Source of the DNA: Planctomycetaceae bacterium
GTDB taxonomy: Bacteria; Planctomycetota; Planctomycetia; Pirellulales; UBA1268
Reading direction: 5' to 3'
Length of the DNA stretch: 60,576 bases
Assembly: GCA_947453375.1 (NCBI GenBank)
Contig: CANGGT010000002.1
Coordinates: 1-60,576, forward strand
The notes under the pieces were generated by a model. It saw nothing but the letters and a program-made list of their open reading frames with translations, did no database searches and was not told the DNA's origin. The position numbers and the translations under genes are program-made. Shown here in pieces: positions 27,501 through 34,015 of the stretch (position 1 is the first letter of the stretch; each line of letters begins with the position of its first letter).

Positions 27501-28915
27501 GCCCGGCCGAAGCCCAAACGGAACTGCGGCGAATCATCGCCCTGGAATCGGCGCAGGGAAGTCCGACGGTTGTCTGGGCCCGCCGCGCGCTCGCCTCCCA
27601 ACTGGCCGGAAGCCCCCGCTACGTCGATCTCCAGGCAGCGCTCAATCTCCTCGGGAAGAACGTGGACGATCAGGGGCTCCCATACCTCGACGATACCGCG
27701 CTCTCGATCAGCTTGCTGATGAACAGGAATGACCCCGCCAGCTGGCGCCAGGCCCAGACGCTCTTCGAGGCGCTCGCCAAGCGGCGCCCGCTGACGATCG
27801 ACGAACGGATCAGCTTGGCCCGGATTCAATCCCTCGTCGGCAACCGGGTGAAGGCACGTGACGAACTGCGGGCCATCGCCTCCTCCGCCAACACGAGCAC
27901 GGCCGTCCTCGGCACGATCGTCGAGCTGTTCATCAACGAGCAGGACTTCGCAGAGGCGAAGGGGTGGCTCCGCCGCCTCAAGGAATCGTCCCCCGATCTC
28001 CAGGCGACGATCCGTCTCGAAGCGAAGCTTGCCCTTGCCGAGGGGGACCGCGGCCGGGCCGGCAGGGTGGTGGCGAATCTTTTCGACGACGAACCGCTGA
28101 ATGCCCAGAACGCCCCCCGCCAGCTGTCGGCAGCCCGGATCGCTGCCGAACTCGGCTTCCCCGAAGCGGCCGACAAGGTTCTCGAGAGCTTCGCGACGAT
28201 GTCGCCGGAGGGGGTGGTCGCCCAGGCCATGTCGCTCGGTCGCCAGCATCGCACCACCGAAGCGATCGAGGTGATCGGGACGGTTCGGGAGAAGGTGTCA
28301 GTGGCGATGTTCCTCGAGGCCCTGGCGGTGATCCTCCGCCACGCGGAGACCACGTCCGACCCGGCGATCGACGAACAAGTTGTGGGATGGATCGAGGCAG
28401 CAAGCCGGGAGAACCCGGGTTCCAACGAAACGCTGCTCCAAGCCGCGATCGCCAAGGAGGCCCTCGGCCACACCGCGGAGGCGGAGGAGGACTACCGCCA
28501 ACTGCTCGCCTCCGGCGGACTGGGAGATGTCCAATCCGGAATCGTGGCCGCCAATCTCGCCTGGATGCTCGCCCGCTCCGAGACCGCCGACCAGGCACTG
28601 GAGCTTGTCGAGAAGGCGATCCAGGAACTCGGCCCCCTCCCCGACATCCTCGACACGCGGGCACTGATCCGTCTGGCCAAGGGACAGACGATCCTCGCAC
28701 TCGAGGACATGAACGACGCCGTTCTCTCCCCCTCCCCCCTCAAGCTCCTCCATCTCGCCGCAATCCAAACCGAAATCTCCGATCTTCCTGGCGCCCGCGC
28801 GTCGCTTGCCCGGGCCAAGGCCCTGGGGCTCGGGCAGGAACGCCTCGGCCCCGACGATGCCTCGCGATTGGAGAAGGTAGAGTCGTTCCTCGAGTCCGCG
28901 GATCGAAAGAGTTGA
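24578..28915 (+). CDS. giant tetratricopeptide-repeat protein with N-terminal membrane anchor (1445 aa)
   Basis: N-terminal TM VPLLIALVLLLIGGVAGTYLL, followed by more than 1300 aa of Ala/Leu/Arg/Asp-rich helical repeats with TPR-like periodicity. Confidence 0.75.
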   Translation: MRRVNVPLLIALVLLLIGGVAGTYLLHRFQVRRNAEDMARQAKRQIDEGNDEEAIRLLGRYVALRPDDALRQREYAELLLRQVDAGKANPRLVGATVAALEVAVRRNPDEDALREKLASLLARIGDADSILSANKHLAMIRDRRTSGDADDDTRRIDRMFAATAAQSGQFDEAEAVLAPLTGFDRRTKQFDAAFQPAPGHPESFAALAEILEKHRRDPKTAERIIERMVETAPDDVATWKILATWRMGHQQADKAIEAVEKARSLAPDDQDVALLELRFAIVGNRLDRAEEILAGPLGDITDSAEVLAAKAYLARRKGNLDGMIGILRDAVAAFPSNPAFRADLLLGLSDGKRIEDLRPLITESQPILGKDAVPVLWAEAVVAMSEQRWFEAMKLWDRVRPQVAADAALTRRVDLFMATCHGGLGQRDQANDARKRAFADAPESLGARFSEMVSLDLAQRWKEALVIAEELAAQLTPETLAANPTLPKTLLRLRIRDQVSRTADRRNWTKVDSLVDTIAAMPDVDPIEIGRMKIEVLAAKDKLDEACAASDALIASHPDTPSLFAQSLVLLVAAGKIGDARSKLTNAAESIRDTPEVLEAEARLAATAPPSEAGEWLTDLEARMERVTGPASDRCARQLIAIHVGRGNVRDAERIAGKLLARRPTDLAVRQVVLELAAERDAVDEVARQTAEIVRVAGPTSATAKLVTAASKIVSVRAKRQSLQVADTPTAALSAEDLAALGEARDLLTLAGAEREGWSEVPRMQAAIAELQGDPSGSIGYLRRAVELGESLPFARRKLAILLTAAGRLDEAAPVIASLGDAGGPDIDRIRAQILAGAGRTDVALQIGASLTPKDCRDVQQLMWYSRLLASCDRPDEAEQICLRATEAAPENAAPWSLLLRLQAAAGAGDRAAETSRRALAVLQGDARDRFESAADEALGNPEETERAAREAVEKAPDDLVAARRLVDLFMRRKRPAEAQTELRRIIALESAQGSPTVVWARRALASQLAGSPRYVDLQAALNLLGKNVDDQGLPYLDDTALSISLLMNRNDPASWRQAQTLFEALAKRRPLTIDERISLARIQSLVGNRVKARDELRAIASSANTSTAVLGTIVELFINEQDFAEAKGWLRRLKESSPDLQATIRLEAKLALAEGDRGRAGRVVANLFDDEPLNAQNAPRQLSAARIAAELGFPEAADKVLESFATMSPEGVVAQAMSLGRQHRTTEAIEVIGTVREKVSVAMFLEALAVILRHAETTSDPAIDEQVVGWIEAASRENPGSNETLLQAAIAKEALGHTAEAEEDYRQLLASGGLGDVQSGIVAANLAWMLARSETADQALELVEKAIQELGPLPDILDTRALIRLAKGQTILALEDMNDAVLSPSPLKLLHLAAIQTEISDLPGARASLARAKALGLGQERLGPDDASRLEKVESFLESADRKS

Positions 28916-28916
28916 T

Positions 28917-30299
28917 ATGCCGATCGCTTCACACCTAGACAGCAACCTGGATCAGCGTGTCCTGGGCCGACGGTGCGGCCTCCAGCAACATCGCGCTGGA
29001 CGATGGCTCGTCGCCGGCTGGTTGCTCGCCCTCGCGCCGCTCCTCGGTCAGGGGGCCAGTCCGCGGTCGGTCTGGGCGGCTGAATGGACCGTTCCCTTTG
29101 GTGGCAATGCCTACGCGGTGACTTCGAAGCCGGGCTCGAATGACGGTCTCGAACGCGGTGGGGCCGAGGTCCGATGGCACGATGCCGAGACGACGTGGAG
29201 CGTCTGGTTCCATGTCGACCGGCCGACCGAAGCCGAGGTCGAACTGGTCTCGGCGGAGACCGGCGGGCGGGCCGAGGTGGTCCTGACGATCGGCGACACC
29301 GCCGTCACGGCCGAACTCTCCGGTGATGACTCTTCGACCGCCCGCTTCGGACGCTTCCCTCTCGCGGGGCCGGGCTATGTGAAGGCCGAGATCCATGGGG
29401 TGCGCCGCGAGGGGGGGGCCTTTGCGAGCAGCCCTATGCTGCGGATCCGCTCGGAGACGCCCGACCTCGCCGTCGCCGCCGTCACCACCAACGACGGCGC
29501 GATGTATTACTGGGGTCGTCGCGGTCCCTCGGTCCACCTCGGTTACTCGCTCCCGGCGGAGAAGGACATCGAATATGCCTACGGCGAGGTGACGGTTCCG
29601 GAGGGGGAGGACGCGCTGGGAAGCTTCTTCATGGCCAACGGCTTCGGGGAAGGCTACTTCGGCATGCAGGTCAACGGGCCCGCCGAGCGTCGCGTCCTGT
29701 TCTCCGTCTGGAGCCCGTTCACGACCGACGATCCGACGAAAGTCCCCGAGGCCGACCGCGTCATCCTGCTCCGCAAGGGGGATGGTGTGCGGACGGGTGA
29801 GTTCGGCAACGAGGGGAGCGGCGGCCAGAGCTTTCTCGTCCATCCGTGGAAGGCCGGCCTCACCTATCGCTTCCTGACCCGCGTCGAGCCGGCTGGCGAC
29901 GGCACGACGACCTATACATCCTGGTTCGGCGAGGGGGAATCGTGGCGGCTGATCGCCTCGTTCCAGCGACCGCGCACCGATCGCCACCTCACCGGCTTCC
30001 ATTCCTTTCTCGAGAACTTCCTCGACACCACCGGCAACGTCGGCCGCCGCGGACGCTACGCCAACCAATGGGTGCGGGACACCGAAGGCACCTGGCATCC
30101 GATCAGCACGGCCCGATTCACCGGCGATGCCACCGCCTCCGGTGGCCACCGGCTCGACTATGCCGGTGGAATCGATGGTGAAGGCTTCTATCTCCGCAAC
30201 TGCGGTTTCTTCTCGCCGCCCGTGAAGCTCGGGAGTGTGTTCACCCTCGATCCGCCACCGGCGAAGCGGCCGTCGATCGATCTCGACGCGCTGCCGTGA
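28917..30299 (+). CDS. secreted DUF5077/DUF3472-like domain protein
   Basis: The ATG is 1 nt after the TPR gene stop (tgaTatg). Signal-like WLVAGWLLALAPLLG. The strings GYFGMQVNGPAERRVLFSVWSP and GGQSFLVHPWKAGLTYRF fit my recollection of DUF3472 proteins. Confidence 0.55.
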   Translation: MPIASHLDSNLDQRVLGRRCGLQQHRAGRWLVAGWLLALAPLLGQGASPRSVWAAEWTVPFGGNAYAVTSKPGSNDGLERGGAEVRWHDAETTWSVWFHVDRPTEAEVELVSAETGGRAEVVLTIGDTAVTAELSGDDSSTARFGRFPLAGPGYVKAEIHGVRREGGAFASSPMLRIRSETPDLAVAAVTTNDGAMYYWGRRGPSVHLGYSLPAEKDIEYAYGEVTVPEGEDALGSFFMANGFGEGYFGMQVNGPAERRVLFSVWSPFTTDDPTKVPEADRVILLRKGDGVRTGEFGNEGSGGQSFLVHPWKAGLTYRFLTRVEPAGDGTTTYTSWFGEGESWRLIASFQRPRTDRHLTGFHSFLENFLDTTGNVGRRGRYANQWVRDTEGTWHPISTARFTGDATASGGHRLDYAGGIDGEGFYLRNCGFFSPPVKLGSVFTLDPPPAKRPSIDLDALP

Positions 30300-30317
30300 A
30301 CGCCCGCCATCGGCCGT

Positions 30318-31055
30318 TCACCACGTGTCGGGGAGAATCCTCAGCATCCAAGCCACGATCCGCCAGCGCCGCGTGACATAGGCGTGTGAGCGTTTCCGAC
30401 GGATCGCCGCAACGATCTGCCGGGCCGCCGTCTCCACCGGCGCCACCCAGAAAAGCCCTTCCCCCTTCGCCATCGCCGTATCGACGAAGCCGGCTCGGAT
30501 GTCGGTGATCGTGATGGGGAGCTTCCGGGCGGCGGCCCGGTGGCGGAGCGCCTGGAGGTAACGGCTCACGAAGGCTTTGCTCGCGCCGTAGGCAGGGGCG
30601 TCGCCATGGCCATGGAGGGCGGCCAGGGAGGAGAGGCCGACAAGGTGCCCCGACCGACGGGCCTCGAAATGCCGCATCGCCGCCACGGCGATCGCCGTAA
30701 ACCCGGCGACATTGACCGCCACCGTCTCCGCTTCGGGGGGCCAATCGAGGGGAGGATTTTCGTGGCCGACACCTGAGGAGACCACAACGAGTTCGACGCC
30801 GCCGAGGTCGGCGACGAGCCGATCGAAGTGCTCGACCGCCGCGTCGCCGTCGCGAAGGTCGATCGCCCTGTGGAGGACCGTGCGCCCTGGGTACCGCGCC
30901 GAGAGTTCGTCGGCGAGATTGGCGAGCCGCGCCTCCCTCCGTGCTGCGAGTCCGAGGGCCCATCCGTCATCGGCGAGTTGCCGCGTCACGGCCTCTCCGA
31001 TGCCGGAGGAGGCGCCGACGATGATCGCTCGCGGGGGATGGGGTGCCGTTGTCAT
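30318..31055 (-). CDS. short-chain dehydrogenase/reductase (SDR)
   Basis: Track ORF trimmed to ATG 31055 (MTTAPHPPRAIIVGASSGIGEAV). Catalytic YGASKAF motif. Confidence 0.8.
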   Translation of the reverse strand: MTTAPHPPRAIIVGASSGIGEAVTRQLADDGWALGLAARREARLANLADELSARYPGRTVLHRAIDLRDGDAAVEHFDRLVADLGGVELVVVSSGVGHENPPLDWPPEAETVAVNVAGFTAIAVAAMRHFEARRSGHLVGLSSLAALHGHGDAPAYGASKAFVSRYLQALRHRAAARKLPITITDIRAGFVDTAMAKGEGLFWVAPVETAARQIVAAIRRKRSHAYVTRRWRIVAWMLRILPDTW

Positions 31056-31115
31056 GGCGAAAAGGATAGCACCCGCTTGAATCTGTCCCACCCGTCCGGC
31101 CACACTTCTCCCACC

Positions 31116-32102
31116 ATGAACACACGCACTTTCGGTCGGACCGGTTGGAATGTCACGGAAATCGGCTTCGGCGCCTGGGCCATCGGCGGCGGCCAGTGGG
31201 GCGGCGCCGACGAGAAGGCATCTCTTGCCGCGCTCCATGCAGCCCTCGACGCCGGCATCAACTTCTTCGACACCGCCGACGTCTACGGCGACGGCCTCTC
31301 CGAGCGCCTCATTGCCCGCCTCCGCCGCGAGCGATCGGAGCCGTTCTACGTCGTTTCAAAGGCTGGCCGTCGGCTCTCCCCGCACACCGCCGACGGCTAC
31401 AACGCCGCCAACCTCACCGCCTTCGTCGATCGGAGCCTGAAGAACCTCGCCATCGACTGTCTCGACCTCGTGCAGCTCCACTGCCCGCCGACGGAGGTCT
31501 ATTACCGCCCGGAGGTCTTCGAGGCCCTCGACGGGCTCGTGAAGGCCGGAAAGATCCGTTTTTACGGCGTGAGCGTCGAGAAAGTGGAGGAAGCCCTCAA
31601 GGCGATCGAGTATCCGAACGTGCAGTCGGTGCAGATCATCTTCAACGCCTTCCGGCTCCGGCCCGCGGAGTTGTTCTTCGAGCAGGCGTTGCGACGGAAC
31701 GTGGCGGTCATCGCCCGCGTGCCCCTGGCGAGTGGGATGCTGTGCGGAAAGTTCTCCCGCACGAGTTCCTTCCCCGAAGGGGATCACCGGCTCTTCAACC
31801 GTGAGGGAGCGATGTTCGACCGCGGAGAGACGTTCTCGGGGGTCGACTACGAAACCGGGCTCGAAGCCGTCGAGCGGCTCCGTCCCCTGGTGCCAGCCGG
31901 CGCCACGCTGACGCAGTTCGCGCTCAAGTGGATCCTCTCGTTTGCGGCCGTCACGACCGTGATCCCCGGGGGACGAAGCCCCGAGCAGGTGCAGGCCAAC
32001 GCCGAAGCCGCCGATCTCCCCCCCCTCGACGCCCGCACGATCGCCGCCGTCCAGGCGATCTACGACGACGCGATCCGCCCCCTGGTCCACCATCGCTGGT
32101 AA
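31116..32102 (+). CDS. aldo/keto reductase
   Basis: Track ORF trimmed to ATG 31116 (MNTRTFGRTGWNVTEIGFGAWAIGG). Motifs FFDTADVYGDGLSE and DLVQLH. Confidence 0.85.
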   Translation: MNTRTFGRTGWNVTEIGFGAWAIGGGQWGGADEKASLAALHAALDAGINFFDTADVYGDGLSERLIARLRRERSEPFYVVSKAGRRLSPHTADGYNAANLTAFVDRSLKNLAIDCLDLVQLHCPPTEVYYRPEVFEALDGLVKAGKIRFYGVSVEKVEEALKAIEYPNVQSVQIIFNAFRLRPAELFFEQALRRNVAVIARVPLASGMLCGKFSRTSSFPEGDHRLFNREGAMFDRGETFSGVDYETGLEAVERLRPLVPAGATLTQFALKWILSFAAVTTVIPGGRSPEQVQANAEAADLPPLDARTIAAVQAIYDDAIRPLVHHRW

Positions 32103-32110
32103 GCGCGGGA

Positions 32111-32209
32111 GGAAAAAGGTGCCAGCCACCTGTTGGCGCCAGACCCCGGCCGGTGGCCGGGGCCGTGTCGCCTGCGGCGACCGGCAAAAGGTGGCTGGCA
32201 CCTTTTTCC
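32111..32209. repeat. perfect 21-bp inverted repeat enclosing two internal hairpins; probable bidirectional terminator or structured element
   Basis: GGAAAAAGGTGCCAGCCACCT (32111..32131) pairs with AGGTGGCTGGCACCTTTTTCC (32189..32209). Inner hairpins are CCCCGGCC-ggt-GGCCGGGG (32144..32162) and GTCGCC-tgc-GGCGAC (32167..32181). It lies between convergent genes, with an A-tract and a T-tract flanking the G/C core. Confidence 0.6.
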
Positions 32210-32218
32210 CGCGACCAA

Positions 32219-32249
32219 GCGGACGAAGGCCAGGGATGGCTTCGTCCGC
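32219..32249 (-). terminator. 10-bp stem-loop just downstream of the minus-strand gene ending at 32255
   Basis: GCGGACGAAG (32219..32228) pairs with CTTCGTCCGC (32240..32249), with an 11-nt loop. There is no strong U-tract. Confidence 0.3.
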
Positions 32250-32254
32250 GCGCT

Positions 32255-32740
32255 CTACAGATTCATCCCGAGGAACCCGCCGGCAGCATCGCTGTCGGCC
32301 TGTTCGCGGGCCAGTCGCTCGAGCGTCCGCCCCAGATCGCCGGCGGCGATGTAGCGGTCGAACTCCGCCTCGACCGCACGGCGGACGGTGAGTTCGAGCC
32401 AATCGACGGCGGGCTGCGTCAACCAGTCGCAGGTTTCCTTGGCGAGCTTCACCGTCAGATCGCTCCCCACCGTGTGGGTATCGACTTCGTCGGTGAGGAC
32501 CGTCCCTTCGACATCGAAGCTCGCCCATCCACGCTCCGGGGCATTCGTGAACCGGAACGTGCAGGAGGCGTTCGTGAGATAATAGGCATTCCGGACACCG
32601 TGCCTGGCGACGGCGGCCTGCATCCGCCCGAAAAGCGCGCGGAACCTGGGCGAGGCCTCGGCCGTCACCTGAGCGCGGGCGACTGCCCGGAGGGGCGTGC
32701 AATCGAAACGGATCACGACCGGGGGTGGGGAGGATTCCAT
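32255..32740 (-). CDS. hypothetical protein (161 aa)
   Basis: This is the C-terminal part of track ORF 32255..33487. ATG 32740 is the first start that does not overlap apbE. Its composition is protein-like, in contrast to the Arg/Gly/Pro-rich upstream extension. I recognise no family. Confidence 0.5.
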   Translation of the reverse strand: MESSPPPVVIRFDCTPLRAVARAQVTAEASPRFRALFGRMQAAVARHGVRNAYYLTNASCTFRFTNAPERGWASFDVEGTVLTDEVDTHTVGSDLTVKLAKETCDWLTQPAVDWLELTVRRAVEAEFDRYIAAGDLGRTLERLAREQADSDAAGGFLGMNL

Positions 32741-33748
32741 ATGGAGAAAAATACCATGCCGGCTGCCGCCGTGCCGCTGGTCCGCATCTCCGGCGGCCGG
32801 CGGCTGATGGGTGTTCCCTGGACCGTCACGGTCCACGCCGCCACACCCGCGGCCGGGGAGCGGGGGGTGGCGGCGGCCCTCGACGAGGTCGAACGGCTCG
32901 AGGCGATCCTCTCCGACTACCGGGCCGACTCGGAACTCTCCCGCCTCTCGGCCGCGGCTCCCACCGATCGCCCCATTCCGGTGAGCGACGACCTGTGGGC
33001 GGTTCTCACCCGGGCCGTGGCGATCCGCGACTCGAGCGACGGCGCCTTCGATCCGACCGTCGGGCCGCTGACGACGCTCTGGCGGCAGTCGCGGCGCTCG
33101 GGCGTCCTCCCGCTCCCGGCGAAGCTCGACGCCGCCCGGGCGGCCGTGGGAAGCTCGACTCTGGTCCTCGTCGACGAGCCCCGAGGCGTCACGCTCACTC
33201 GCCCCGGGATGCGGCTCGATCTCGGCGGCATCGGCATGGGCTACGCGATCGACCGGGCCCTGGCGATCCTCTCCGCACAGGGGATCGACTCGGCGCTCGT
33301 CGATGCCTCCGGCGATGTCGGAGCCTCGGGAGCGCCACCGGGGGAGGAGGGGTGGCGGATCGCGATCGATCCGATCCCCGGCACCCCGGCGGCCATGACC
33401 GGGCAGATCCTCCTTGCTCAGGCGGCGATCACCACCAGCGGGGATGCGCGGCAGTCGGTCGCGATCGGCGGCCGACGCTACAGCCACATCGTCGATCCGC
33501 GCTCCGGCATCGGCATCGACGGGCCGGCGGCCGTCACGGTGATCGCCCCGGACGCCACCGCCGCCGACGCCCTGGCGACCGCGGCAAACGTCCTCGGACC
33601 GGTCCGCGGCCGGACACTCCTGGAAAACCAGGCAGGCTGCGCCGGGCGGTTCGTTTCGGTCGACGGGGACGGGGAGAGCGACATCCGCGAGGTGCAGACA
33701 AGTCGCTGGCCAGGCGCCGGGGAGCGCACCTTCCCCTCGCAGCGCTGA
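32741..33748 (+). CDS. apbE: FAD:protein FMN transferase (ApbE family)
   Basis: Track ORF 31928..33748 trimmed to ATG 32741 (alternative ATG 32756). Motifs LMGVPWTVTV, SELSRLS, FDPTVGPL, LDLGGIGMGYAID, ITTSGD and YSHIVDPRSG. Confidence 0.8.
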   Translation: MEKNTMPAAAVPLVRISGGRRLMGVPWTVTVHAATPAAGERGVAAALDEVERLEAILSDYRADSELSRLSAAAPTDRPIPVSDDLWAVLTRAVAIRDSSDGAFDPTVGPLTTLWRQSRRSGVLPLPAKLDAARAAVGSSTLVLVDEPRGVTLTRPGMRLDLGGIGMGYAIDRALAILSAQGIDSALVDASGDVGASGAPPGEEGWRIAIDPIPGTPAAMTGQILLAQAAITTSGDARQSVAIGGRRYSHIVDPRSGIGIDGPAAVTVIAPDATAADALATAANVLGPVRGRTLLENQAGCAGRFVSVDGDGESDIREVQTSRWPGAGERTFPSQR

Positions 33749-34015
33749 AACACCTCCCCTTCCTGCCCACCTTCTTGCCCATTCCTCCGCACCGGGCGAC
33801 TCTGCCGGAAGCGGTGACGATTCCCCGAAGTTTGACGGTTACGCCGACGATAACACCTCTGCCGTCGCTGCGCCCAAGTGCACGCGAGTCGGACGCAGCG
33901 TCGGGGGGCACTGCGTCGGGATCGGTCCGTCGGCTTCGACGGGCGAACCCCTTGGGCGCAGCGGCAGCTTTTTTCGTCATCGCAATCCTCAACGCCCGTA
34001 CGCCGGACCCCCACC

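Noticed and set aside
25076-28249. 1057-aa minus-strand ORF
   Set aside because: It is antisense to the TPR giant. It shows the same compositional artefact and has no signal or motif.
31928-32740. N-terminal extension of the apbE ORF (606-aa track version)
   Set aside because: It overlaps the end of the aldo/keto reductase gene, the palindromic element and the minus-strand 161-aa gene. The composition is Arg/Pro/Gly-rich, and ApbE homology starts only near 32800.
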